From: Clostridia bacterium
GTDB taxonomy: Bacteria; Bacillota; Clostridia; TANB77; CAG-508
NCBI GenBank assembly: GCA_017517685.1
Contig: JAFWYK010000010.1
Coordinates: 237 to 64,236, forward strand
Length of the DNA: 64,000 bases
Direction of reading: 5' to 3'
The translations under genes were made by a program, and so were the position numbers. The notes under the pieces were generated by a model. It was not told the origin of the DNA, searched no databases, and saw only the letters and a program-made list of their open reading frames with translations. Positions 18,738 through 28,992 of the stretch are shown here, piece after piece; position 1 is the stretch's first letter, and each line of letters starts with the position of its first letter.

Positions 18738-19301
18738 ATGAGAAGAGTTATTATTTATGGATTTTTTATATTTATATTTTCAATTTTGATAGGGTATATG
18801 TATTCAAATATGTGGAAAGAAAAAAATAATATAAATATCGTTTCTTATACTAATAAAACGAATGAGAATGAAATTAAACAGACTTCTATTGAGCCAGAAG
18901 AAAAGATTAGTTATAACGCTAAATTTTCACTAAAAAAGCATTATAGCAAGTGTGGTCATACACAAATAGAGAATGGAGAACTTCCAATAGAAATTGTAAA
19001 TTTAAGCAAAGAAGAAATAGCTTTAAATTATAAGGATTGGGAAGTGGAAGAGTTTAATAAATCAAAAGTTGTATTATCAAAAGATATAGATGGATTTTGT
19101 CAAGAACACTTTACTATTAGATTAAAAGATGATGGGATAGTTGAAGTATATGGAATTAATATTGATGGTGAAGAGATATTTTTAAATAAAACAGAAATTA
19201 GTCAGATGTATTTAACTGATAGAGATATAGAAAATTTAAAAGATGGGGTAGTAGTATATGGAATAAAAGAACTAAATCAAGTATTAGAAGATTTTGAGTA
19301 A
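18738..19301 (+). CDS. hypothetical N-terminally anchored protein
   Basis: SD AAGGTGG and an N-terminal TM segment. No motif recognised. Confidence 0.5.
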   Translation: MRRVIIYGFFIFIFSILIGYMYSNMWKEKNNINIVSYTNKTNENEIKQTSIEPEEKISYNAKFSLKKHYSKCGHTQIENGELPIEIVNLSKEEIALNYKDWEVEEFNKSKVVLSKDIDGFCQEHFTIRLKDDGIVEVYGINIDGEEIFLNKTEISQMYLTDRDIENLKDGVVVYGIKELNQVLEDFE

Positions 19302-19302
19302 C

Positions 19303-19341
19303 AAAAAAAGATATTTAGAATAAAATTCTAAATATCTTTTT
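19303..19341. terminator. bidirectional terminator between convergent genes
   Basis: AAGATATTTAGAAT-aaa-ATTCTAAATATCTT flanked by an A-run and a T-run. Confidence 0.75.
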
Positions 19342-19350
19342 CATTATTTT

Positions 19351-21747
19351 TTATGATACTGAAAATTTTAAATTTCCTTCTTCCATATAACCTGTAATAG
19401 TTTGTCCTGCAATAACATCGCCTCTTAATACCATTTCTGCAATTTCATCTTCAACTAATTTTTGAATAGATCTTCTTAATGGTCTAGCGCCATATTTTAA
19501 GTCTGTTCCTTTTTCAGCAATGAAACGTTTTGCATCTTCGTTTAAGATTAAATGTATTTCTTTATTGTCTAATGCTGCTTGAGTTTTTGCAAGTAATAAG
19601 TCAACAATTTGTAACAACTCATCAGATGTTAATGGATTGAATACGATTGTTTCATCAACTCTGTTTAAAAATTCTGGTCTAAATAAATCTTTTAAAGCAC
19701 CCATCATTTTATCAGTATTAATAGGGGCAGAGTTACCAAAACCAATAGAATTATTATTTAAATTTGAACCAGCATTTGATGTCATGATGATGATTGTGTT
19801 TTCAAAGTTAACAGTGTTACCTTGTGCGTCTGTTAATTTTCCATCATCTAATACTTGTAGTAAAACATTAAATACATCTGGATGAGCTTTTTCTATTTCA
19901 TCTAAAAGAATAATAGAGTATGGTTTTCTTTTTACTTTTTCAGTTAATTGGCCAGCATCATCGTAACCTACATATCCTGGAGGTGAACCTATTAATTTAG
20001 ATGTAGAATGACTTTCCATATATTCAGACATATCTACTCTAATAATTGCATCTTCACTACCAAACATCTCGAAAGCTAATGCTTTTGCAAGTTCTGTTTT
20101 ACCAACACCAGTTGGTCCAACAAAGATGAATGAAGGTGGTCTTTTTGTACTTTGAAGTCCAGCTCTATTTCTTCTAATTGCTTTTGATACAGCAGTAACT
20201 GCAGCATCTTGAGAAATAACATGTTTGTGTAAATTCTTTTCAAGATTTAATAATTTTTCTGTTTCAGCTTCTGTTATTTTTGTAACTGGAATTTTTGTCC
20301 AACGTTCGATAACTTCAGCAACATCTTGAACTGTAAGTACACATGGAACTAAATCTTTTTCGATTTCAGCCATACGATTTGTTATTGTACATTCTTTAGT
20401 TTTTAAATCAGCAGCTTTTTGATATTCTTCAATTGAGTCAGAAGAAACAGCTTCTTCTTTTTCTTCAGCTACTTTTTTAAGTTCATTTTTTAATAATTCA
20501 AGTTCAAATAAAGCTTTGTTTTTTAAGTTTAATTTAGAACAAGCTTCGTCAATTAAGTCTATAGCTTTATCTGGTAAGAATCTATCATGAATATATTTTT
20601 CAGACATTTTTACTGTTTTTTCAATAATGTCTGGAGTGATTGTTACTTTATGGAAGTCTTCGTAATATTTTTTGATACCTTTGATTATATCTACTGTATC
20701 GTCAATAGAAGGTTCTTCAACAAGAATTGGTTGAAATCTTCTCTCTAAAGCAGAATCTTTTTCAATATATTTTCTATATTCTTTTAATGTTGTTGTACCA
20801 ATTAATTGAATATCACCATTAGATAGAGAAGGTTTTAGAATGTTTGCTGCATTCATTGAGTGTTCAGCATCACCAGCTCCAATAATGTTATGAATTTCAT
20901 CAATAACTAAAATAATATTTCCATAAGTTTTGCATTCATCAACTATAGATTTCATTCTGCCTTCAAATTGTCCTCTAAATTGAGTACCAGCAATAATTGC
21001 TGTCATATCTAATAAATAAACTTCTTTATTTAATAATTTCGCAGGAACTTCTTTAGCTGCAATTTTTAATGCTAAACCTTGAGCAATAGCTGTTTTACCA
21101 ACACCAGGTTCACCTATTAGGCATGGGTTGTTTTTTGAACGTCTATTTAAGATTTGAATCATTCTTTCAATTTCTTGTTCTCTACCGATAACTGTATCCA
21201 ATAAACCTTCTCTAGCTTTATCTGTTAGGTTTGTTCCAAAAGCATCAAGGAATTTTTTCTTATTGTTTTTTGTTTTCTTTTGAACTTTAACTGTTTTACC
21301 TGATTCAGATGGTTCTCCTTTACTTGATGAATCATCATTTTGCAATCTTTCATCACGTTGTTGATGGAAGATACTAAAGATTCCTTTTATTGGATCTGTT
21401 TCTTCGCCAGATTCAATTTCATCAATTATTTTTTGAAGGGCTTCCATATGCTCAGGGTCATTATTGTTATCGATAGCTTCAATAACATCTAAAGGTAATC
21501 CCATACCTTCTAATCCATCACCATTTTTTATAGTTTCTGTGAATTCATCTAAAATCTTATCAAACTGTTTTGACATTCGTTCTAATTCTTCATTAGAAAT
21601 GTTTGCGTTTTTTGCCAAAACTTCTAAAGGGTTAATTCCTTTTTCTTTTGCACAATTGTAGCAAAGACCTTCAACAGTTTTTTTACCATTTTCAATTTTA
21701 TTTAAAAACACTACTGCGGTGTTTTTATTACATACTGAACATAACAT
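19351..21747 (-). CDS. clpE: Clp ATPase with N-terminal zinc ribbon (ClpE-type)
   Basis: N-terminus CSVCNK...CYNCAKE. Two AAA+ modules with GEPGVGKTA and GPTGVGKTE. Confidence 0.8.
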   Translation of the reverse strand: MLCSVCNKNTAVVFLNKIENGKKTVEGLCYNCAKEKGINPLEVLAKNANISNEELERMSKQFDKILDEFTETIKNGDGLEGMGLPLDVIEAIDNNNDPEHMEALQKIIDEIESGEETDPIKGIFSIFHQQRDERLQNDDSSSKGEPSESGKTVKVQKKTKNNKKKFLDAFGTNLTDKAREGLLDTVIGREQEIERMIQILNRRSKNNPCLIGEPGVGKTAIAQGLALKIAAKEVPAKLLNKEVYLLDMTAIIAGTQFRGQFEGRMKSIVDECKTYGNIILVIDEIHNIIGAGDAEHSMNAANILKPSLSNGDIQLIGTTTLKEYRKYIEKDSALERRFQPILVEEPSIDDTVDIIKGIKKYYEDFHKVTITPDIIEKTVKMSEKYIHDRFLPDKAIDLIDEACSKLNLKNKALFELELLKNELKKVAEEKEEAVSSDSIEEYQKAADLKTKECTITNRMAEIEKDLVPCVLTVQDVAEVIERWTKIPVTKITEAETEKLLNLEKNLHKHVISQDAAVTAVSKAIRRNRAGLQSTKRPPSFIFVGPTGVGKTELAKALAFEMFGSEDAIIRVDMSEYMESHSTSKLIGSPPGYVGYDDAGQLTEKVKRKPYSIILLDEIEKAHPDVFNVLLQVLDDGKLTDAQGNTVNFENTIIIMTSNAGSNLNNNSIGFGNSAPINTDKMMGALKDLFRPEFLNRVDETIVFNPLTSDELLQIVDLLLAKTQAALDNKEIHLILNEDAKRFIAEKGTDLKYGARPLRRSIQKLVEDEIAEMVLRGDVIAGQTITGYMEEGNLKFSVS

Positions 21748-21791
21748 TTATCATTTATCTCCTTAGTGTTTATTACTTTTGTATAGATATA

Positions 21792-21820
21792 ATCATACAA
21801 TATTTTTATTTTATAGTCAA
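21792..21820 (-). promoter_or_regulatory. sigma-A-type promoter of clpE
   Basis: On the minus strand: TTGACT, 17 nt, TATGAT. Confidence 0.5.
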
Positions 21821-21978
21821 TGGTTTTTTGCCTAAAAATACAAATAAAACACAATTAATTTAGCAATCACTACAGCAGAGTGCTACTTGAAAAAGGTGAC
21901 ATTTTTTTGAAATAATTTGATAATAATTTATTCTTAAAATCCTTACGGAAAGTGGGAGTTATTAATGCAAAAAAGTAA

Positions 21979-22007
21979 TTGATATTTTTATGGTTAAGTG
22001 CTATAAT
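21979..22007 (+). promoter_or_regulatory. sigma-A-type promoter
   Basis: TTGATA, 17 nt, TATAAT, with TGc extended -10. Confidence 0.6.
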
Positions 22008-22036
22008 GAAATCACTTTAGTAATAAGGAGAAACAA

Positions 22037-22906
22037 ATGAATAGAGCAATAAGAAGATTTGTAGGTTCGTTAAATGGACCAAAGAAATATTTATTCTTTT
22101 TAGGATTATTATTAATTTGTGTTGTATGTTTATGTTTAGGAATATATGCACAATTCTTTTATAAGTATTCTGATACAGATATGTTTATGATAGGAATTAA
22201 TGTTGGAAGTCAAAAAACAGCAGAAGAGATTTCTTTATTGAAAGCAAATTTTAATAGTTTATATGATGACTCAATTAAAATTAATAGTGAAAATGTAAGA
22301 ACAGACAAGATAGAACCATCAAAAGAATTAGTATATTGTGGATATACTTTTGATAATGTTGATGAGAATTTTTATAATGTTTCTGTTAAGATTCCAATTT
22401 TAAATATTAATACAGATGTTGCTAAAAAGATTAATGGTGAAATAAAAACTGAATTTTATGATAAAGCAAATCTTGTTATGAGAAGTTCTAAAGGGCATAC
22501 AGTATATAATGTAAATTATGCTGCGTTTGTCAATGAAGATGTTTTGTCAGTTACTATTAAAGCTTCATTAAAAGAAGATGGAAAAGCAGAAAAAGTAAGT
22601 GTTAAAACATATACATATAGTATTTCTGAAAAAAGAGAAGTAACTCTTCAAGAATTAATTAAATTAAAAGGAACAACAGAAGATGTAGTTCAAAAAACAA
22701 TTAGAGATGATATTCAAACAGCATATACTAATGCAAAGTTAATTGCATCAGAATATGGTAGTTTATATGAAAGAGATGTTGATGGGGATGAATATAAAAT
22801 AGAGAATTCTCAAGAATATTTCTTAACACAAGATGGATATGTATATTTAGTATATGCGTATGGAAATAAAGATTATACAAATGAGATGGATATAGTAATT
22901 TTCTAA
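22037..22906 (+). CDS. membrane-anchored protein, DUF3298/RsiV-like by eye
   Basis: N-terminal TM segment. Extracytoplasmic region has the pattern Y.V.V..P......VAKKIN..I and C-terminal DGYVYLVYAYG. Weak assignment. Confidence 0.45.
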   Translation: MNRAIRRFVGSLNGPKKYLFFLGLLLICVVCLCLGIYAQFFYKYSDTDMFMIGINVGSQKTAEEISLLKANFNSLYDDSIKINSENVRTDKIEPSKELVYCGYTFDNVDENFYNVSVKIPILNINTDVAKKINGEIKTEFYDKANLVMRSSKGHTVYNVNYAAFVNEDVLSVTIKASLKEDGKAEKVSVKTYTYSISEKREVTLQELIKLKGTTEDVVQKTIRDDIQTAYTNAKLIASEYGSLYERDVDGDEYKIENSQEYFLTQDGYVYLVYAYGNKDYTNEMDIVIF

Positions 22907-22922
22907 AATAGGGGGAATATAG

Positions 22923-24119
22923 TTGAAAAAAGTAACAATAGTATTATGTATGTTTTTACTAATGATAACTTCTTTAACAGTTTTTGTTAGTGCAACAGAA
23001 CCTGATACTCAAGAAAACACTGAATTAATAGAAAAAAATGATTATGTTGTAGATACAGTTGCAAGAGTAATGGAAACTTATGGAGTAAAAGAAGTTGTAA
23101 CTGGAACAGTAACAGATAAAGTACAAGAAGTTAAAATTGAAATAGTTGAAGGTGATTATATAGGCGAAGAATTTACAACAAATTACGTTCTTACTTATGA
23201 TATCGCTGGAAAAATTCAAGCATATGAATTAGATGTAGGTGATAGAGTTTTAGTTCAACTTACAGAAGATGACGAAGGTAATGTAATAGCAACTGTTCAA
23301 GATGTTGCAAGAGAAAAGTACATAATTTTAATGTTTGTTGTATTTTTATTATCAATTGTCTTAGTATGTGGAAAACAAGGAGTTAAAGCTATAGTAGGAC
23401 TTATAGCTACAATAATTATTATTTATTGCGTATTTATTCAAGGTGTATTTGAAGGAAAAGATGCTATTATCTATTCAATACTTGCAACAATATTAACTAT
23501 TGGAGTAACTTTTGTTATAATCGGTGGATTTAATAAAAAGGTTTTAACAGCTACACTTGGAACACTTGGTGGAGTTTTATCTGCTGGAGTTATGGCTTTG
23601 ATCTTCAATAATTTAGCAAAAATGACTGGAGCAAGTGAAGAAGCAATTCAATTAACTATTAATATTGCAAGTATAAACTTTGAATTTAGAGATTTATTAT
23701 TCTCTGGTATTGTTATTTCAGCACTTGGTGCTTGTATGGACGTTGGTATGTCTATAGCATCTAGCTTAGATGAAATCAAAATGAAAAATCCAGAAATTAC
23801 ATGGAAAGAATTATTAAAAAGTGGTATGAATATAGGAAGAGATACTATAGGAACTATGACAAACACTTTAATATTAGCTTATGTTGGTAGTTCTGTTTCT
23901 TTAATTCTATTATTTATGGCATCTGATTTATCAGTAATAGAAATATTAAATAAAGAAACAATTGCAGAACAAATTATTTCAGCGTTAGCAGGAAGTATGG
24001 GGGTTGTTTATACAGTTCCAATAACATCATTTGTTTATGCAGTATTAAATAAAGATCAAGTTATTTATAAAAAAGTATCAGATAATAAATTAAATGGAAA
24101 AAGAAGTTTAAAAATTTAG
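22923..24119 (+). CDS. YibE/F-family polytopic membrane protein
   Basis: TTG start after AGGGGG. Signal/anchor, a soluble domain of about 120 aa, then multiple TM segments. Confidence 0.55.
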   Translation: MKKVTIVLCMFLLMITSLTVFVSATEPDTQENTELIEKNDYVVDTVARVMETYGVKEVVTGTVTDKVQEVKIEIVEGDYIGEEFTTNYVLTYDIAGKIQAYELDVGDRVLVQLTEDDEGNVIATVQDVAREKYIILMFVVFLLSIVLVCGKQGVKAIVGLIATIIIIYCVFIQGVFEGKDAIIYSILATILTIGVTFVIIGGFNKKVLTATLGTLGGVLSAGVMALIFNNLAKMTGASEEAIQLTINIASINFEFRDLLFSGIVISALGACMDVGMSIASSLDEIKMKNPEITWKELLKSGMNIGRDTIGTMTNTLILAYVGSSVSLILLFMASDLSVIEILNKETIAEQIISALAGSMGVVYTVPITSFVYAVLNKDQVIYKKVSDNKLNGKRSLKI

Positions 24120-24126
24120 TTTAAAA

Positions 24127-24166
24127 TAAAAAATAAGGTTGCTATTTAAAGCAACCTTATTTTTTA
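24127..24166. terminator. bidirectional terminator
   Basis: TAAGGTTGC-tatttaaa-GCAACCTTA flanked by an A-run and a T-run. Confidence 0.8.
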
Positions 24167-24173
24167 TTTAATT

Positions 24174-25457
24174 TTATCTAAAGAAGTCGAATATTGATCC
24201 ACCTTGTTGAGTTTGTGGTTGTGGAGTTGGTTGAGTTTGTGTATTAGTTGTTTCTTGTGGTGTTGCAACTAATGTTACTTCAACTTCCAATTCTTCAGTT
24301 CCTCTTATTACAGTTAATTTTACTTTATCGCCAACATTGTAATTATATTTAATACGATTTAATTGATCGACAGTTGTAACTTCTTTGCCTTCGATTTTTG
24401 TAATGATATCAGCTTTTTGTAGACCAGCTTTTGATGCAGGAGAATCTTCTCCAACTGATTCAACATAAACACCTTGTGGTAAATTATATCTTTGAGCATC
24501 ATATTCATCTATTGCTGAACCTGTAATTCCAATATATGGTCTAACAACAGTTTTATTTTCTATTAATTGAGAAATGATAGATGTTGTTGATGAAATTGGA
24601 ATAGCAAATCCAACACCTTCAATTCCTGTACCAGCAAGTTTTAAAGTATTAATACCAATTACTTCACCAGCACTATTTACTAAAGCACCACCACTATTAC
24701 CAGAGTTGATAGCTGCATCAGTTTGAATTGCTGAGTAAACATTTCCATCACTTTGAACTTCTCTTTCAATAGCACTAACTACACCAGTTGTTACTGAATA
24801 ATCCATACCTAAAGGATTTCCAACTGCCATTACAAATTCACCAACTTTAACTTTTGATGAATCACCAATTGTTGCAGGTGTTAGTCCTGTTTTTTCGATT
24901 TTTAATACAGCTAAATCTGTATATTCATCTGTTCCAATAATTTTGGCTTCATAAGTTTTATCATCGTTATAAAGTTTAATTGAAATTCCTGTTGCTTCTT
25001 GAATTGCATAGTAGCTAGAAGATTCTGATGCAACAACGTGATTGTTTGTTACTATATAACCATCTTCAGAAATTATTATTCCTGAACCAGTCGCTTCTCC
25101 AGTTGAACTTCCAAATATTGAACTAATTTGGTAAGTTACTTTAATACCAACTACTGATGGTAAAGACTTCTCGGCAACTGCAATTGATGTATTTGAATAA
25201 TCTGTTATATCTATTTGATTATCAGTATTATCATAAGTACTTGAAGACGTTTCTTTTAAAAAGGAAGTGCTTCCTGATAAAAGATTTTGTTTTATTGTAG
25301 GTATGCCAAAGCATACACCCATTACTAAACTAGCTCCAAGTATACCTGAAATAAATGGTACGAATACAGATTTACCAAAACCACCTGATGTATGTTTTAT
25401 AGAGCTTTTCTTAAATGAGTTTTGCGAAGCAAACTCAAAGTTGTTTTCATTATCCAT
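24174..25457 (-). CDS. HtrA/DegP-family serine protease with PDZ domain
   Basis: N-terminal TM segment. Catalytic-triad contexts TNNHV, TDLAVLK and GNSGGALVN, plus a C-terminal PDZ domain. Confidence 0.85.
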   Translation of the reverse strand: MDNENNFEFASQNSFKKSSIKHTSGGFGKSVFVPFISGILGASLVMGVCFGIPTIKQNLLSGSTSFLKETSSSTYDNTDNQIDITDYSNTSIAVAEKSLPSVVGIKVTYQISSIFGSSTGEATGSGIIISEDGYIVTNNHVVASESSSYYAIQEATGISIKLYNDDKTYEAKIIGTDEYTDLAVLKIEKTGLTPATIGDSSKVKVGEFVMAVGNPLGMDYSVTTGVVSAIEREVQSDGNVYSAIQTDAAINSGNSGGALVNSAGEVIGINTLKLAGTGIEGVGFAIPISSTTSIISQLIENKTVVRPYIGITGSAIDEYDAQRYNLPQGVYVESVGEDSPASKAGLQKADIITKIEGKEVTTVDQLNRIKYNYNVGDKVKLTVIRGTEELEVEVTLVATPQETTNTQTQPTPQPQTQQGGSIFDFFR

Positions 25458-25655
25458 TTATATTACCTCCGATCGCTTTGTTATCTAAAATATATAATAC
25501 ATTAAAAAATTATTATATACAATAAATATATAAGAAAAATTTTCTTAACTTAGTTGAAATATTTTTTCCTTATAGATATAATATCGTTATATGATTAAAA
25601 TAAACTTAAAATGGAGTAAATGTATGTTTTTTTAAAATAAAAATATGCAGTAGAA

Positions 25656-26297
25656 ATGGAAGACATAATGAAAGAAAAAGAGATTGAACGACTAAATAAT
25701 TTAAAGGCTGAAGAACTTAAACTATATGAAAGAAACATTGAATATATATGTGGAATAGATGAAGCTGGACGTGGACCTTTGGCAGGACCTGTTGTAGTTG
25801 GCGCCGTTATATTACCACAAGATTCTTTTATAGAAGGAGTAAATGATTCTAAAAAAATTTCTGAAAAGAAAAGAGAAAGAATTTATGATCAAATAATAGA
25901 AGAAGCTATTGCTTGGAGCGTTGGAATTGTTGATGAAAAAACAATTGACGAGATAAATATTTTAAATGCTACTAAACTTGGAGTTAAACTTGCATTAGAA
26001 GGTTTAAAACAAAAACCAGATGTAATTATGGTTGATGCATTAAATAATATGGACACTTTAGGAATACCATACATTTCTGTTGTAAAAGGTGATGCTAAGA
26101 ACTATTCAATTGCTGCAGCATCTATTATAGCAAAAGTTACAAGGGATAGAATGATGCAAGAATGGGATGAAGTTTATCCAGCATATGGTTTTGCTAAACA
26201 TAAAGGATATGGAACTGCGGAACATATAAGAGTTATTAAAGAAAATGGACCATGTAGCATTCACAGAAGATCGTTTATAAAAAACTTTGTTAAGTAA
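25656..26297 (+). CDS. rnhB: ribonuclease HII
   Basis: GIDEAGRGPLAGPVV and DSKK motifs. The ATG at 25668 is an equally plausible start. Confidence 0.85.
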   Translation: MEDIMKEKEIERLNNLKAEELKLYERNIEYICGIDEAGRGPLAGPVVVGAVILPQDSFIEGVNDSKKISEKKRERIYDQIIEEAIAWSVGIVDEKTIDEINILNATKLGVKLALEGLKQKPDVIMVDALNNMDTLGIPYISVVKGDAKNYSIAAASIIAKVTRDRMMQEWDEVYPAYGFAKHKGYGTAEHIRVIKENGPCSIHRRSFIKNFVK

Positions 26298-26326
26298 AAT
26301 AAAATCACAAAAGAGAGGTAATGAGA

Positions 26327-27631
26327 ATGGAAATTAAAAGTATCATTCGCAAGAAAAGACAAAAAAAGGAACTTACAAAAGATGAAATCAAATACTTCAT
26401 TGGAAAAATAATGAAAGGTGAAATTTCTGAAGCACAAGCTGCAGCATTAATGAGTTACATCTATATTAACGGATTAACAGAAGAAGAAATCCTAAATTTA
26501 AGTGTAACAATGGCTGAATCAGGAGATGTAATAGACCTAAGTGACATAGCACCTAATATTGTTGATAAACACTCAACTGGTGGTATTGGTGATAAAGCTA
26601 CAATTTTATTAATGCCAATTTTAGCATCTTTGGATATTCCAGTTGCTAAAATTTCTAGTAGAGGTTATGGTGTTTCTGGTGGTACAATTGATAAATTAGA
26701 ATCAATACCAGGATTTAAAACAGATTTAACTTCAGAAGAATTTAGAAATAATATTAAAAACGTTGGTGTATGTATAATGAACCAAGGTTTAAATTTAGCG
26801 CCTGCTGAAGGAAAAATGTATAAATTAAGAAATGAAGTTGCTTGTGAAAACAGTCTTCCAATAATAGCATCAAGCTTAATGAGCTTAAAGATCGCTACAG
26901 GAAGTAACAAAATAGTATTTGATATAACATCTGGTAAAGGTACTTATATAAGTGATAGAGAAGAAGCAAAAAGACTTGCAAAGTTATTAGTTAGACTTGG
27001 AAAAAATCTTGATAAAGAAGTTGCTTGTGTTATAACTAACATGAATCAACCTTTAGGATATTCTATTGGTCATAATTTAGAAATGAAAGAAACAATTATG
27101 GCATTAAGAGGAATTATTTCTGAAGATTTAGGAAATGTTGTTGAAGCTTTAGGAAGTGTTATGATTGCTTTAGCCACAGATTCAAAAGATTTAGATGCTA
27201 ATGCAAAAATGATTAAAGAAGCAATTAGAACTGGAGCTGCATTTGAAAAATTTAAAGAAATGGTTGCAGCACAAGGTGGAGATACTTCTTATTTAGATGA
27301 TCCAGAATTATTTAGAAGATCAAAATATATTATGCCTGTTTTAGCTACTGAATCAGGAACAATTGAAGCAATTGATGCTGATATGGTTGGTAGTATAGCT
27401 GTATATTTAGGTGCTGGTAGAATGAAAAAAGAGGGTGAAATCAATAGAACAGCTGGTATTACAATTAATAAAAAAATTGGTGATACAGTTACTGTTGGTG
27501 AAACTTTAGCTTACATTCATACAGATGAAGATGGAAAAGTTAATGGTACTACACAAAACTTACAACAAGCATTTACTATCACAAATAAGAAAATTAACTT
27601 TAAATCAAGAGTACTTGAAATTGTAAAATAG
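26327..27631 (+). CDS. pyrimidine-nucleoside phosphorylase paralog 1 (non-canonical active-site residues)
   Basis: DKHSTGGIGDK, SRGYGVSGGTIDKLESIPGF, DITSGKGTYI. ATG at 26327 is better spaced from GAGAGG than 26321. Confidence 0.8.
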   Translation: MEIKSIIRKKRQKKELTKDEIKYFIGKIMKGEISEAQAAALMSYIYINGLTEEEILNLSVTMAESGDVIDLSDIAPNIVDKHSTGGIGDKATILLMPILASLDIPVAKISSRGYGVSGGTIDKLESIPGFKTDLTSEEFRNNIKNVGVCIMNQGLNLAPAEGKMYKLRNEVACENSLPIIASSLMSLKIATGSNKIVFDITSGKGTYISDREEAKRLAKLLVRLGKNLDKEVACVITNMNQPLGYSIGHNLEMKETIMALRGIISEDLGNVVEALGSVMIALATDSKDLDANAKMIKEAIRTGAAFEKFKEMVAAQGGDTSYLDDPELFRRSKYIMPVLATESGTIEAIDADMVGSIAVYLGAGRMKKEGEINRTAGITINKKIGDTVTVGETLAYIHTDEDGKVNGTTQNLQQAFTITNKKINFKSRVLEIVK

Positions 27632-27647
27632 GAGAGGAATATATTTA

Positions 27648-28946
27648 ATGAATATTTTAGATATAATTGAAAAGAAAAAAGTTGCAAAAGAATTAACAAG
27701 CGAAGAAATAAATTATTTTATTGAAGCTTATACAAAAAATGAAATTACAGATTATCAAGCAGCAGCTTTGATAATGGCAATATGTATTAATGGTATGACA
27801 CAAGATGAAATTTTAGCATTAACAATTGCTATGGCAAAATCTGGTGATGTATTAGATTTAAGTGATATATCAAATCATATTGTTGATAAACATTCAACTG
27901 GTGGTGTTGGAGATAAAATTACCTTGATTGTAATGCCAATTATTGCAGCACTTGGAATACCAGTTGCAAAAATGAGTGGAAGAGGTCTTGGAATAACAGG
28001 TGGAACAGCTGATAAGCTTGAATCAATCCCAGGATATAACATTAATATTTCTATTGATGAATTTAAACAAAATATTAAAGATATAGGAATAAGTTTAATA
28101 TCTCAAACATTAAATTTAGCTCCAGCTGATAAAAAAATATATGCATTAAGAGATACTATAGCTTGTACAAATAGTACTCCACTTATTGCATCAAGTATTA
28201 TGAGTAAAAAAATTGCAGCTGGTGCAGATGCTATTGTACTTGATGTTACATGCGGTAGTGGTGCATTTATGCCAAATAAAGAACAAGCTAAAAAGTTAGC
28301 TACATTAATGTCTAAAATTGGTGTTTGGGCAAATAGAAAAACAATTTGTGTTATAACAAATATGGATGAACCTTTAGGATTTGCAGTTGGAAATACATTA
28401 GAAGTAGCTGAAGCTGTAAATGCATTAAAAGGAAAAATGCCTGATGATGTTAAAGAAGTTGTTGTAGAGCTTGCTGCACAAATGATGTATTTATCAGGTA
28501 AATATCCAAAAATAGCTGAAAATAGAATCAAAGTAATGGAAGTTATTGAAAATGGAAAAGCTTTTGAAAAATTTAGAGAATTAGTAGAAAGACAAGGTGG
28601 AGATGTATCATTTATAGATGATCCATCAAAATTTGAAAAAGCTCCAATTATTACACCAGTAATTGCTGAAGAAGATGGTGTTGTAGAAAAATTAGATGCT
28701 GGAATGGTTGGTAAAGCAGGTCTTGGATTAGGAATGGGAAGACAAAATAAAGATGATGAAATTGATCCAAGAGTAGGTATGATTTTCAATAAAAAAATTG
28801 GTGATGACGTTAAAAAAGGAGACATTTTAGCATACGTACATGCAAATACACCAGAAAGTGCAAACAATTGCGTTGAAGAAATTAAAAAGGCATATGTAAT
28901 TGGATATAGAAGAATTTCTAAAAAGAATATTATAGAAATTATATAG
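27648..28946 (+). CDS. pyrimidine-nucleoside phosphorylase paralog 2 (non-canonical active-site residues)
   Basis: DKHSTGGVGDK, GRGLGITGGTADKLESIPGY, DVTCGSGAFM. Confidence 0.8.
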   Translation: MNILDIIEKKKVAKELTSEEINYFIEAYTKNEITDYQAAALIMAICINGMTQDEILALTIAMAKSGDVLDLSDISNHIVDKHSTGGVGDKITLIVMPIIAALGIPVAKMSGRGLGITGGTADKLESIPGYNINISIDEFKQNIKDIGISLISQTLNLAPADKKIYALRDTIACTNSTPLIASSIMSKKIAAGADAIVLDVTCGSGAFMPNKEQAKKLATLMSKIGVWANRKTICVITNMDEPLGFAVGNTLEVAEAVNALKGKMPDDVKEVVVELAAQMMYLSGKYPKIAENRIKVMEVIENGKAFEKFRELVERQGGDVSFIDDPSKFEKAPIITPVIAEEDGVVEKLDAGMVGKAGLGLGMGRQNKDDEIDPRVGMIFNKKIGDDVKKGDILAYVHANTPESANNCVEEIKKAYVIGYRRISKKNIIEII

Positions 28947-28992
28947 AATGTAAATAATAAACATAAGATAAATGAAAGGTGGTAAAGATTTA

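Noticed and set aside
21748-21900. CtsR operator (tandem GGTCAAA heptads) expected upstream of a clpE-type gene.
   Set aside because: Only isolated partial matches (AGTCAAT, GGTGACA) were found. There is no tandem heptad repeat on either strand.
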